Virus record (IMG/VR): IMGVR_UViG_3300010162_000535
Span: 12,205-76,204 of that record
Strand: one strand, 5' to 3'
DNA from: a virus
DNA: 64,000 bases
Position 1 is the first letter of the stretch. The number at the start of each line of letters is the position of its first letter. The translations under genes were made by a program, and so were the position numbers. The notes under the pieces are model-generated. The model searched no databases. It worked only from the letters and a program-made list of their open reading frames with translations, and had not been told where the DNA came from. Below, one piece after another: positions 1 through 9,622 of this stretch.

Positions 1-1218
1 TGTTTCATCCTCTTCCCACCATTTCTTCTCATACATCATCTCCCAATGCCCGCGACTAGCTGGTCTTGAAGCATGTAATATTGGGGCAGAACAAATTGCA
101 TTATTGGTTGTCGGCTCCTCATGCATTTTTGAGTCTGGCGGGAAATTAAGAATAAATGCAGAGAAAATACGGTTAGAATCTAGCTGATACCATTCTGGAT
201 GTTCAAGGGCGTTCAAAAAATGTAGCGCCTGATCATCATTCTCGATATTAAACTTAGGCTGGCTAGGAACATAATTTTCTATTAAGTATTTAGCTACGGG
301 CAGCTGTAAATTGCCGTCTAGGTATTGTTGACGTAATTTGAATATATTTTCATAGACCGTAATTAAATCATCGACGTGTCCGGCAATTACGCCAGTATTT
401 AGCTCGCATCTATCCCCAAGAATTTTTTGAAATTCATAATAAAGGCGCGAATGGTCATACACAAAATAAGGGTGAATGATGCCTGGCGAATCTGTAGAAA
501 TTAAAATACGTCCGTCATATAGGGCATTAAACTTACCTAAAATAATATCTACTGGCTGCCTAAAAATAATATCTCGCGTATCTATAGAAACAAGATATTC
601 AATTCCTTTCTTCTTATATTCAAGGCACTGCTCGTAAAAGTGTTTGATTTTATGCTCGTAAAAAGTTGTGTACTCCGCCTTATAGTCATAAAAAGCATAA
701 GGAATACCTTGCTCAGCTGCGCTCTTACTAAACAGCGCAACACTTGTTGTCGTTTTACTGCCAAACGCTGCAGCACCTAAAAAAAGTGTATTTGCGCGTG
801 TCGCGTATAATTCCCCAGGAGTAAATGCCCACACAACATTGCCGCTAGGAGCTGGGCCGCCAGAATTAAAATAACGTACCGGAGAGACTACTACACACCT
901 AAATACATACGACCCCGCCGGTAAGACAATCTCAGGAATTAACTGCCCAGGCTTAGCTGACTCGCCGACCGCTACATCATCAATATAAAATCTAACAATG
1001 GCATTTTTTGAGTACTTTAAAGCAGACGGCGCCAGCCCACACGCAAAACGGGTCGCTTCTTCAAGATTTACACGAAATATACATTCATGCCCAAATGAGC
1101 TCCAGCCGTCCCACACTATCTTTGCCCAATCGCGATGCTCCGTTAGTAAAAAAATATCATAATCTGGTTCCTTTAACTCTCCAGCAACCTTAATCGGTAC
1201 AATACTACTTTGCGACAT
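1..1218 (-). CDS. PLOD-type glycosyltransferase with an N-terminal beta-sandwich (NPCBM-like) domain; truncated by the left window edge and absent from the ORF track
   Basis: Hand translation: ATG at 1218 (MSQSSIVPIKVAGE...) with no stop down to base 1. Contains YLVSIDTRDIIF (DxD-like), LNTGVIAGHV and NDDQALHF, matching the paralogs at 20963, 33288 and 62892. Confidence 0.8.
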   Translation of the reverse strand, partial: MSQSSIVPIKVAGELKEPDYDIFLLTEHRDWAKIVWDGWSSFGHECIFRVNLEEATRFACGLAPSALKYSKNAIVRFYIDDVAVGESAKPGQLIPEIVLPAGSYVFRCVVVSPVRYFNSGGPAPSGNVVWAFTPGELYATRANTLFLGAAAFGSKTTTSVALFSKSAAEQGIPYAFYDYKAEYTTFYEHKIKHFYEQCLEYKKKGIEYLVSIDTRDIIFRQPVDIILGKFNALYDGRILISTDSPGIIHPYFVYDHSRLYYEFQKILGDRCELNTGVIAGHVDDLITVYENIFKLRQQYLDGNLQLPVAKYLIENYVPSQPKFNIENDDQALHFLNALEHPEWYQLDSNRIFSAFILNFPPDSKMHEEPTTNNAICSAPILHASRPASRGHWEMMYEKKWWEEDET

Positions 1219-1249
1219 TATTTTACGTATTTGTTCTTTTAACCCAGAT

Positions 1250-1270
1250 TATACATTTTTTTTTTGTATA
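1250..1270. promoter_or_regulatory. Inverted repeat TATACA-T9-TGTATA between divergent genes; candidate operator
   Basis: Seen directly, between the start at 1218 (-) and the HTH gene start at 1280 (+). Confidence 0.4.
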
Positions 1271-1279
1271 CTGTTTTGT

Positions 1280-1618
1280 ATGGCAATTACATTTGACATT
1301 TTTAAAGAGCTACACGCCCGTATAAAAAAAGGAGATTTTGAATCTGACAGGAAGCTAGCTAAAGAATACGGTATAAACAGAAACTGTATATATCAGATAA
1401 GGCGCGGTACTCACAAGTTCTTTGGGATTCTTGGCGGTTCCATGGATCCAGCTGAAGCTATTGTCTATCCGGCGCTAGACGACAGCGGCATTATAAAAAA
1501 AGCCCGATGCAAAAAATGCGGCGGGCTTTGTCAAGCTGAAATACCTTGCTACGTTTGTGCCGTACGGGAACTCGCAACAAAGAAACATGCACAGGCTTTA
1601 GCCAATATTGGCCTCTAG
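1280..1618 (+). CDS. HTH DNA-binding protein with C-terminal zinc-ribbon
   Basis: SDRKLAKEYGINRNCIYQIRRG is HTH-like; CKKCG...CYVC gives two CxxC pairs. One of only about three credible plus-strand genes. Confidence 0.65.
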   Translation: MAITFDIFKELHARIKKGDFESDRKLAKEYGINRNCIYQIRRGTHKFFGILGGSMDPAEAIVYPALDDSGIIKKARCKKCGGLCQAEIPCYVCAVRELATKKHAQALANIGL

Positions 1619-2236
1619 CTCACCCTCCGGGCCAGTAGCGCCTTCATCACCTCGCTGCCCCGTTGTTCCTGCCGCTCCGCCAGGAATAATTAATGGAGGA
1701 GAAGGCGCCTGCTGTTGCTTAACAATTGCATCGAGTGCATTTTTAACTTCTTCGATAATTTCTGCGCAGCGTTCAGGACTCTGACCAACAGTTCCTTGCA
1801 ACAGTCCCATACGACCTTCACTAATGGGCAGATTTCGCAACGCCACCATAAAAAGAATATATTTTCTTAGCTCCTCATTAGCCGCAAACCAGATAATAAA
1901 GAAATCTTTAACGGTATTCTCGTCAAGAAGCCAATCCGTCATTTCAATAGCTGCCTGCTGCTCTCCTTGAGAAAGTCTTGACAGAATAGCTGGGCCTCGG
2001 TTAAATAGAAAATCATCAGCTTCAGAAAATCCAACGGTTTCTTCCATTTCAGGTGTTATAGGAACACCGACACTTCCAATAGTAGGAGATTCTTGTGAAG
2101 CAGCTTCTTTTTTACGGCACCGACAAGCGTCTTGGCAGGCAGTTACACCTGCCCCTAAGACAGCTACGGCAGCATGTAATTGTTCAACTTGAGCTTCTAA
2201 TGAAGTTACGCGATCAGCTAAAGGAATTCTAGGCAT
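1598..2236 (-). CDS. Hypothetical protein with N-terminal coiled coil and a short Gly-X-Y tail
   Basis: 212-aa ORF tiling with neighbours; ends GTTGQRGDEGATGPEGEL. Confidence 0.6.
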   Translation of the reverse strand: MPRIPLADRVTSLEAQVEQLHAAVAVLGAGVTACQDACRCRKKEAASQESPTIGSVGVPITPEMEETVGFSEADDFLFNRGPAILSRLSQGEQQAAIEMTDWLLDENTVKDFFIIWFAANEELRKYILFMVALRNLPISEGRMGLLQGTVGQSPERCAEIIEEVKNALDAIVKQQQAPSPPLIIPGGAAGTTGQRGDEGATGPEGELEANIG

Positions 2237-2273
2237 TTTGTTCTTTTGTTAAAAATTAATTTCTCTTAATATA

Positions 2274-2861
2274 CTATATTCGTATATTCGCGTCAAGATA
2301 ACTTTGATTTTTTTCCATTTTAAATCTCAGTCCAGCAGTTGCTTCAGGTGATAGATCTTTCCGTTTTTCGTGTAGGGCATATACCTCGAGCTTGCTCCTA
2401 GCTGCTACTTTGGCATATACCACAAATTCCTGTAATGCCTCTGCGATATATTCGTCCACTCTCGCGCGAGAAACCTCTTTTGGAAGCATTCGCATTGCCA
2501 TCGCAAGCCTTGAATCTTTTAACTCCCTAAAACTACTATCGCTAATTCTTTTGAGAATATGATTAAAACAAATCAATCTTAGTAACGGCAGCATAATTGC
2601 CAGGTGATATTCAGGCGAAATAAATGTTGGACGATGCTCAGTCATGTAGCTCCAGCACGCATTTTTATAATTTGCGTCAATAGTAGCATTAGCAAGCGTA
2701 ACTGTCTTTAAGAAAGTAAAATCAGCACGATTAGCGCCTGTCAGTGTTAAACCGGTGCTCTGCGAAAGATTAAAGCCAGCAAGCGTACCGCTCTGCATCG
2801 CCCAAACAATGAGCGCAATAACCAAAATTAAACCATATATTACTGCTGGTGATAGTTCCAT
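2274..2861 (-). CDS. Hypothetical membrane-anchored protein
   Basis: N-terminal hydrophobic helix AVIYGLILVIALIVWAM; abuts the upstream gene. Confidence 0.65.
   Translation of the reverse strand: MELSPAVIYGLILVIALIVWAMQSGTLAGFNLSQSTGLTLTGANRADFTFLKTVTLANATIDANYKNACWSYMTEHRPTFISPEYHLAIMLPLLRLICFNHILKRISDSSFRELKDSRLAMAMRMLPKEVSRARVDEYIAEALQEFVVYAKVAARSKLEVYALHEKRKDLSPEATAGLRFKMEKNQSYLDANIRI
2460..2472. repeat. Palindrome TCTCGCGCGAGA(A), copy 1 of 5
   Basis: Exact 12-bp palindrome followed by A, inside a CDS (codons V-S-R-A-R). Confidence 0.9.
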
Positions 2862-3683
2862 TTAAATAACTCCGTGAGCTGACAAAATAGCTGACTTATG
2901 GACAATAGTTGAGCTGCGTATTGCCTGCTCAATCATCTCTATATAGCCTTCATTTCTTGTAATTCGGTCGTTTAATAAAGCCACTAACCGCCTACTAATA
3001 GTTCCTCGCTTTATTAGTGATTTATAATAATTAATCTTATCTGTGCAGGCCACTAACAAAGCTGGGAGAATAATCTCATAGTAAACGTTATAGGTGTAGC
3101 TCTCAATGGCCGTCGGCACCGTTACGGAAGCGGGTAATTGCTTTTTTAAAATATTTAAAAAATTAATGTGATAGGAATTTGCATTGAAAACTTTAAGTAT
3201 TTCCCTACTTTTCTTATCAAAATGCTCTTTAATGTCTTTACATTTTGCCATATCCTTGCAATGATGGTTTTTATAAATAGAAGGTACAAATGCTTTATAG
3301 GCTATGGAATTGATGATCGTATGCGCCTGTAAGGTTTCCACATCTTCTCCTGCCACAAATTCTGAAAGCAATCTACAAGAAGTTAAACCATCACTAATAG
3401 CTGACTGCACTTCAGCATCAATGTCCCTGCCTTTATTGCACAGCTCCATTAATACAAAATTATCCTCTTTATTCCAGAGCTGATCTATAGCCAACCAAAC
3501 CAACGTTATTATTGTTCCAGCTAGCAGACAATAAACAACCGTAGACTGATTATCAATTTTGCCAATAGAGTCGATTATTAAAGATACGCCAAATAAAATC
3601 GCAATTGGCGAAGTCTTAGCTAGCACATTGCCCCACTGGGCAAGAGCCGCTAGATTACTTGATGCGTTAATTAGTTGGGTCAA
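2862..3683 (-). CDS. Hypothetical protein with two N-terminal transmembrane helices
   Basis: PIAILFGVSLIIDSI and VVYCLLAGTIITLVWLAI are hydrophobic segments, followed by a soluble domain. Confidence 0.65.
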   Translation of the reverse strand: MTQLINASSNLAALAQWGNVLAKTSPIAILFGVSLIIDSIGKIDNQSTVVYCLLAGTIITLVWLAIDQLWNKEDNFVLMELCNKGRDIDAEVQSAISDGLTSCRLLSEFVAGEDVETLQAHTIINSIAYKAFVPSIYKNHHCKDMAKCKDIKEHFDKKSREILKVFNANSYHINFLNILKKQLPASVTVPTAIESYTYNVYYEIILPALLVACTDKINYYKSLIKRGTISRRLVALLNDRITRNEGYIEMIEQAIRSSTIVHKSAILSAHGVI

Positions 3684-5526
3684 GGTATGCCTCCATTTTG
3701 ATAATGCTTAATGGCGGGGCATCTCCGGCATCTTTATGCCAGCTAAACCAAAGCATTGCGCCTCGTGGTACTTCGATAGGTTCAGAACATGCAGTGAAAT
3801 ACACGGGTGACTCTGTCACAGAGTGGCTAAAATCAAACTGTAAATCTTGTGCGTCCCCGTGTGGATTACACAATGACGGGATTGTCATCGGTAAAGGTCG
3901 CGGAACATCATCACACTCAAGGGCCGGGATAACGATGAAACGGCCGGTAAACATTCCAGCGTTAATATTTCCCGCCGCCCCTACTACCAATGTAAGCTTA
4001 ATTCTAACCGTTCGAGCAGTAGCGTCTTCGCCATCATAAAGCGGGATATAAACACTGCCAGAAAACCCAGATTTTTGCCCTGGAAAAAAAGCTAGTGCCA
4101 CCATGCCTCCTATAAAAGCATCTCTCATTTGGTCAAGATGAACTGATTGGACTGGAAGCGGAATATTACTCCACGCATCGCCAGCTACAATCTTGATCCG
4201 TCCGGAAGGTCGCTTAAACTCATCGTGCGTAAAGACATTATCAACGGAAATAACCTGACTAAAAATAGAGTCCATTTCTACCGACTCTACAACTGGCCCC
4301 CAAAAAAAACCATTCTTATCAGTAATCTGATTAAAATCGTCCGCCGTTGGTCTCGCGGTCATACTTTCCCAGCCAGGCCCAATATATTTCAAAACCCTCG
4401 GCCCAAGGAAAACTTCCGATAGTGTTTTGTTGTCTAGCTCAAGGTCAACATTTAAGTCGCCTCGTATAGCTGGTGCGCCTGTCCTAGTGCAAGTGATACT
4501 CAGCCCGGACGCTGGAGTAGTTTGAAGCGACGTTACAACTGCATCATCCGTGTTATAGGTAATGCTAGTATAATACGCCAACATCTCTTCATGCGTATCT
4601 GGTTCTGTAGTCTGCCAAACTGGCCAGTTAGGGTCGGAGGTATTCCAGCTACCCGGATTCCATGGTAATTTATCTGTATCCATCCACCAAATGCCCGTCT
4701 CATTAACTATATATAGATAATCATAAATTTCTGCAATAGCTGGTGCGGGGCCATTTTGCGCCGTATACTGGCTCCAAAATATCTTAAAAGATTCCGGCGC
4801 AACTAATGGAAATAATTCTCGTAAACTGTCAGAGGCGTTGATGTTATAACCAAACACTGCGCCAGCTGGGATACGAAAATTAGATGAAGCAAAGGCCGCA
4901 CTATTAGCTGGCAACCAGCCCTCACTATCCAGGCCATTATTAAGCGACGGCCGGGCTTTCATTAAAAGACGATGATGCCGATGCCCAGATAAAATACGGT
5001 CAAGACTAATATTAACAGCAATAGTTGCTTTATTTGGCCCAACACTAACTACAAAAGCTACCGGAATACTTACAGTCGGCGCTTTAGCTGTTACGCGGCC
5101 TTCAATATTACTTAAATAGCGCACGCCTAACGATAAATAATCATAATGCGCATCTTGATTGCCACTCTCGGTAAAATCTAGCTCGACAATACCGCTTAAA
5201 CAAATATCAGCAATATTAGCTGTATGTTTCTTAACAATAATGCCTAGTACATAACAAGAATTCTCAGCAATCACCTGGTCACCTTCTACACGGGTACTTA
5301 CACGTGCCGGTGAAAACGCACCAGTATCTTTATTTAAGTAGACCGGCGCACCTACATGCGTATCAACATCCACAGGTTGGTTGTAGTGAATAATATTCGA
5401 GGTATCAAGATATGAGCTGATTTTCATATCCAACCTAGACATCCACTGAATCAAGTCCTGTACCGGACGATTAGCGACCTCGGGCGTGAGCGGTTCGCCA
5501 GACTCTATAAGGCGTACTTTTGACAT
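3667..5526 (-). CDS. Putative tail/baseplate-associated virion protein
   Basis: 619 aa; N-terminal EPLTPEVANRPVQDL resembles tail-fibre/baseplate anchor N-termini; beta-rich composition; lies in a tightly tiled structural-looking block. Function is inference. Confidence 0.45.
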   Translation of the reverse strand: MSKVRLIESGEPLTPEVANRPVQDLIQWMSRLDMKISSYLDTSNIIHYNQPVDVDTHVGAPVYLNKDTGAFSPARVSTRVEGDQVIAENSCYVLGIIVKKHTANIADICLSGIVELDFTESGNQDAHYDYLSLGVRYLSNIEGRVTAKAPTVSIPVAFVVSVGPNKATIAVNISLDRILSGHRHHRLLMKARPSLNNGLDSEGWLPANSAAFASSNFRIPAGAVFGYNINASDSLRELFPLVAPESFKIFWSQYTAQNGPAPAIAEIYDYLYIVNETGIWWMDTDKLPWNPGSWNTSDPNWPVWQTTEPDTHEEMLAYYTSITYNTDDAVVTSLQTTPASGLSITCTRTGAPAIRGDLNVDLELDNKTLSEVFLGPRVLKYIGPGWESMTARPTADDFNQITDKNGFFWGPVVESVEMDSIFSQVISVDNVFTHDEFKRPSGRIKIVAGDAWSNIPLPVQSVHLDQMRDAFIGGMVALAFFPGQKSGFSGSVYIPLYDGEDATARTVRIKLTLVVGAAGNINAGMFTGRFIVIPALECDDVPRPLPMTIPSLCNPHGDAQDLQFDFSHSVTESPVYFTACSEPIEVPRGAMLWFSWHKDAGDAPPLSIIKMEAYLDPTN

Positions 5527-5529
5527 AAT

Positions 5530-6015
5530 TTAGAAACTGAAACCACCAATACTGTTTTGAATTCTCTCAACTGCCGTTTGTGCTTCCTTCGTAGCACACA
5601 TTGGCGGCACATAATTAAACGGATAATAAGCTGGTGCTTTGATATTTACCGCACCGGCCTCAGCTACTGGCCTGTCTTTACGAGGTACGCGCTGACGTTT
5701 AGGTTTAGCTGGCGGCTCTTCATTAATAGGCTCTAATGGTGGCTCATCTTTAAACGTCTCATCAATTAGCTCGCCCATTGCTTCAGCCGTTTGTGCCGCA
5801 TTAGCTTCCACCTGAGCAGGATCAATATCTTGCTCTTCATCCTCGGGATCTGACGCCAAAGCCTCAGCTACAGTCTCTTCTACTTCTTCCTGAGTTTGTG
5901 CCTGCTCCGCGGGATCTAGAAGTGGATCAGCTGCATTTTCAATCTCAGCTGACGAATCGACCAGTTGCTCTACGTCTGTACTTAATTCTCTTGCTTTTCT
6001 ACCTGCTTTTGCCAT
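5530..6015 (-). CDS. Acidic low-complexity hypothetical protein
   Basis: 161 aa, E/D/A/P-rich; tiles with neighbours. Confidence 0.65.
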   Translation of the reverse strand: MAKAGRKARELSTDVEQLVDSSAEIENAADPLLDPAEQAQTQEEVEETVAEALASDPEDEEQDIDPAQVEANAAQTAEAMGELIDETFKDEPPLEPINEEPPAKPKRQRVPRKDRPVAEAGAVNIKAPAYYPFNYVPPMCATKEAQTAVERIQNSIGGFSF

Positions 6016-6021
6016 TTTATG

Positions 6022-6519
6022 TTAATTGGTTAAGTTTAATCGGAAAGTTATCGCTGTCTGGGCAACCTGTGAAAAAGGCATCTGATTTTCTCTGACAAAG
6101 TAGCCTCTTGCCCAAACAATATCTCTTGTTATATCATCTATCGCTGTTCCGTGTGTCGGCGAGCTAACTAAAGCAATACCATAAATTATTGCGCCAGCTG
6201 TCGATTTGCCACCGACTCCAGTATTGCCTACACAAATGCCATTAAAAAATAATGTAATATCGTTTGGATTATCTGGATTTATTTTAGGCGTAACCGAAGC
6301 TACAGGAATGCGTAAGAAATCTTGATTTCCAGCTTGGTTTGCTCGCAAATTCAAATAATAATCATCATCCGCTGGGTTAGCTACAGGAGGATTAATTGGA
6401 CTTGAGGTTCCCGCCTGGAACTCTAAATATAAAACATTCGGCGAAGAATTTCTATCACCGGATAAAAGTCTTGCTAATATCCGGTTAGCTGAATTTGATA
6501 CAACCACTGAATTCGACAT
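6022..6519 (-). CDS. Putative baseplate/tail structural protein
   Basis: 165 aa beta-rich ORF (NRILARLLSG...VLYLEF...ITFRL); position and composition only. Confidence 0.4.
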   Translation of the reverse strand: MSNSVVVSNSANRILARLLSGDRNSSPNVLYLEFQAGTSSPINPPVANPADDDYYLNLRANQAGNQDFLRIPVASVTPKINPDNPNDITLFFNGICVGNTGVGGKSTAGAIIYGIALVSSPTHGTAIDDITRDIVWARGYFVRENQMPFSQVAQTAITFRLNLTN

Positions 6520-6544
6520 AGTATTTATTATAACGGGTTAGCTA

Positions 6545-8017
6545 TTATTCTCGTGTAACAGGGCACCAACCCTTACGATTGAAACGCCCCAAATGAATTG
6601 TCATTGATTTAAGCTTATCTCTTACTCGATAACCTGTTTCCAGAATACCTAAGCCCCTCAACGCAATATCGTCATTACTTTCCCCTAAGATAGTAATTTC
6701 ATCAGGTAACTCCAGACATTGCTGAATTAATAATGCCGACCAGGGTGGCGTCAATCTACGAATAGGTAAATGATCTAAATTTAGATCAGTAGGGTATTTA
6801 ACATAATCTAGCTTTAAAAGCGTAAAGTGGTATCTACCTATGTGCTCTGCAAAAAAACGATATGGATTTATTTGGATCTCATTAGACTGTTTTTGACAAA
6901 GCTCAATTACTTCATTTACTGAAGTACCATGTAACTGGCAATGCTTTTCAAAATCCTGCCAAAATCTTTCGACATCAAATCTATTTCCCTCTACTGGAAA
7001 TCGCTTTTGGTCTCCCACTTCATAAATATCCTTATACTCGTTAGCAAATACCAGCCCATAGAAGTATTCAACCCCTAGAAATCTTCTAGGAATTAAAATA
7101 GCTGACACCTCATCAGGCTGGGCTAACTGATTGAGATAGATGGGCTTGAACTCAGCTGTAATAGGGTCGCCTTGCTGAAGCACGTCACCTATTTCCACCG
7201 CCACTTTATGCCCCGCAGGAATTACATAATCATTCTTATCTGTAATAACAGACCAAAGAGCTGTTGCCACTACTGTTTCTTTTTCTTTAGCTATTACATT
7301 CCCTGTAACCTCAGAAAGAATAGTGAATATGTTGGTTGAGCTGGCGCCATCAATATAGGCGTTGAAGATGTTGTCAACCACGCTCCTATAAGCATGACTA
7401 GAGCTAGATTCAAGATTAAGTAAAACACCAAAGTGCTTAAATATCCAACGGAAGTCTTGCTCAACATGAGTTAAAAACCAAGTTCGAGGTTTACCATCTT
7501 TACACGGATCTTCAAAGAACTCGACTGAGTCCTTGAATAATCTAAAATCTTTACCGGGAAACAGTGTAATAGTAGGATTTGTTACATCATCTACTATTGA
7601 ATTAATCGAAACTACATTGCTAAGCGGCAGCTTATAATACGTCTTGGTCGGGTTTGGCTTTCCATAGCGATGGTAGAGAGCTGTCCACTCTGTAGTAAGA
7701 TTAGCTCCGCCCGGTTGAACATTATCGACAGGCCGTATAAAAGGTAGAAATGTAGCAAGGTCATTATCAAAATGCGTAAAGGCAGCTGGCGTATTATTTC
7801 TTTCAGCGGGGTCTAAATAAAAGGTGTAATAACGTTCTCTATGATAAATAGGGATCTTAGCCCTAAACGCAGATAAAGCCAGCTCGTGCCAGTTTTGCTC
7901 TACCTGCTCCTGCAGCCTGAGCGCTCCTTCAAAAAGACCGGACACAAACGGGTCGTCCTGAAAATTTTGACTCCAGTACGTCCCCAATAATCGAAATAAT
8001 TGCCTTCGTGTAAGCAT
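6545..8017 (-). CDS. Putative baseplate wedge-like protein
   Basis: 490 aa; LLGTYWSQNF start and YRSVVDNIFNAYIDG...ILSEVTG segment are reminiscent of baseplate wedge proteins. Not verified. Confidence 0.4.
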   Translation of the reverse strand: MLTRRQLFRLLGTYWSQNFQDDPFVSGLFEGALRLQEQVEQNWHELALSAFRAKIPIYHRERYYTFYLDPAERNNTPAAFTHFDNDLATFLPFIRPVDNVQPGGANLTTEWTALYHRYGKPNPTKTYYKLPLSNVVSINSIVDDVTNPTITLFPGKDFRLFKDSVEFFEDPCKDGKPRTWFLTHVEQDFRWIFKHFGVLLNLESSSSHAYRSVVDNIFNAYIDGASSTNIFTILSEVTGNVIAKEKETVVATALWSVITDKNDYVIPAGHKVAVEIGDVLQQGDPITAEFKPIYLNQLAQPDEVSAILIPRRFLGVEYFYGLVFANEYKDIYEVGDQKRFPVEGNRFDVERFWQDFEKHCQLHGTSVNEVIELCQKQSNEIQINPYRFFAEHIGRYHFTLLKLDYVKYPTDLNLDHLPIRRLTPPWSALLIQQCLELPDEITILGESNDDIALRGLGILETGYRVRDKLKSMTIHLGRFNRKGWCPVTRE

Positions 8018-8427
8018 TAATTTGTTGGTTGCGGGCAGGTGCCAGTATAAGTAAAGTAACCCGGATACCTTACTAAATGATCCACTGAAGGATTCTGCTT
8101 AATAATATTTGGCCCAATTACCCATTTATTCGGGTCGTCGCACATCGGCGTAGGGGCAGGAGGATAATCGCTCGGGCCTCTGGCTGGCACATAATCAGGC
8201 AGCGGCTGCTGCGCTGGCGGATCCCAAGGACGCCAATATGCTGGTGCGGCTTTAGCCGGATAAAATTTCATTATCTTTGATAAGATAACTTCCTGAACAG
8301 CCTGATCTTCTTCAATTAACTGCTTGAGCGTAACTAACTTAATACTCAGCTCCGCTCCATCTAAATTGATAATAAGCGCCGGTTCGTCTCTTTTCTCGCT
8401 ATTACTGCCATCAAACGCTGTAACCAT
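8017..8427 (-). CDS. Hypothetical Pro-rich protein
   Basis: 136-aa ORF; its stop overlaps the next start (TAATG). Confidence 0.55.
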   Translation of the reverse strand: MVTAFDGSNSEKRDEPALIINLDGAELSIKLVTLKQLIEEDQAVQEVILSKIMKFYPAKAAPAYWRPWDPPAQQPLPDYVPARGPSDYPPAPTPMCDDPNKWVIGPNIIKQNPSVDHLVRYPGYFTYTGTCPQPTN

Positions 8428-8600
8428 GTCTTTTTCTCCTCATTATTCTTTTTGTCATCAATCTTAAAAATTGTACTTTCGGTGCCACCGCAGGCGCACG
8501 GCACAATATAACTAATAATATCCTCGTTATCTTCGACAACAGTATTATTAGTCAAGAAATTGTCACAATCTTTACACTTTATATAAAACGCCCTAGGCAT
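8361..8600 (-). CDS. Small CxxC-containing hypothetical protein
   Basis: CKDC and CACGG motifs; TAATG coupling to the upstream gene. Confidence 0.55.
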   Translation of the reverse strand: MPRAFYIKCKDCDNFLTNNTVVEDNEDIISYIVPCACGGTESTIFKIDDKKNNEEKKTWLQRLMAVIARKETNRRLLSI

Positions 8601-9283
8601 TATTTCACCTTTTCAAACATTTCAAGAATGCTCTCCGTCGTACCTTCCGTTAACTTGAGCTGACTTAATTGATAGCGCCAGGCAGCTAAATTTGACAATA
8701 CTTCATCATTTATATCCGTTAACTTAGTGAAAAACCCTTCCATAGTATCAGGGTCAGTAGCCTGAGCATCATCAAACATTGGCTCAGGTAAAAAGTTAAC
8801 TAAAACATTTGGCAGCCCTCTTACGCCCATCCATTTAAGCGTTTCTTCGATATACCCTATTATTTCCTCTGAAAAAGTCTCCTTTTCAGTTGGAGGATAT
8901 AAAAGACATATTTCAAGAACAGCCCAACTTAAATCCGCCGGCTCCATTGGCTGAGCTACCGGAGTGTCCACGCCATCACCGTTAAGAGCATTACATAAAG
9001 TAATGAAAACAGGTAGCTCATTAAACACTGCATCAGAAGTGACAACTTCTCTAGCTGCCATTATCTTATCAAAAACATCCGGCTCAATTTTTACATTTAA
9101 TTCTGATGCAATTTCAAGCTGAACTGTTTTTGGCTCCCACTGAAACCACTCTGGCGGAAATAAATCGCACAATCCCAGAAAAGCTACTGAACCATAGGTA
9201 GCTGGCTGACTAAGAAGCTGGGCAAGAGCGCGCCTTGCCTGATGCGCTTTTGGATTTATAGTGCCGGTTCTATTGATTGCCAT
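8600..9283 (-). CDS. Hypothetical phage protein
   Basis: 227-aa helical ORF (WFQWEPKTVQLEI...FITLCNALNG), tiled with neighbours. Confidence 0.65.
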   Translation of the reverse strand: MAINRTGTINPKAHQARRALAQLLSQPATYGSVAFLGLCDLFPPEWFQWEPKTVQLEIASELNVKIEPDVFDKIMAAREVVTSDAVFNELPVFITLCNALNGDGVDTPVAQPMEPADLSWAVLEICLLYPPTEKETFSEEIIGYIEETLKWMGVRGLPNVLVNFLPEPMFDDAQATDPDTMEGFFTKLTDINDEVLSNLAAWRYQLSQLKLTEGTTESILEMFEKVK

Positions 9284-9290
9284 AGCTCTA

Positions 9291-9608
9291 TTATACTACG
9301 ACATACCCTTGTTTAACAATTTCCTTATATCTCCTATGGGCAGCAGCATAAGCTTCAAGATCGACATCTGGTACTTGATTTAAGTTACCGTTTCTGCCTA
9401 TTTCCTTAGCTCGTTTATTTATGGCTTTTTCAAGAGCTAAAGTCTCGTTTATATCTCTAACTATGTTATCCGCCATTATTTGCCGAAGATCATATTTATA
9501 GACTTCGTGAGTTGCTTCAGCCGTAGCTGCGCTCTTGCCAACAGTACCAGCTCCTAAAGCAGCTATTAAAGTTCCAACACTCAATTTAAGAAATTCACGT
9601 CTCTTCAT
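9291..9608 (-). CDS. Small protein with twin-arginine (Tat) signal peptide
   Basis: MKRREFLKLSVGTLIAALGAGTVGKSAATAEA matches RRxFLK, then an h-region and an AxA cleavage site. Confidence 0.7.
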   Translation of the reverse strand: MKRREFLKLSVGTLIAALGAGTVGKSAATAEATHEVYKYDLRQIMADNIVRDINETLALEKAINKRAKEIGRNGNLNQVPDVDLEAYAAAHRRYKEIVKQGYVVV

Positions 9609-9622
9609 ATTAACTATTATAT

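Noticed and set aside
582-1193. Track ORFs 582..776 (-) and 1008..1193 (+)
   Set aside because: Both are shadows of the long minus-strand GT gene that runs from 1218 off the window edge.
1607-1660. Collagen-like Gly-X-Y tail as the substrate for the PLOD-type GTs
   Set aside because: Only six triplets and no Lys in them; no lysyl hydroxylase domain is seen in the window.
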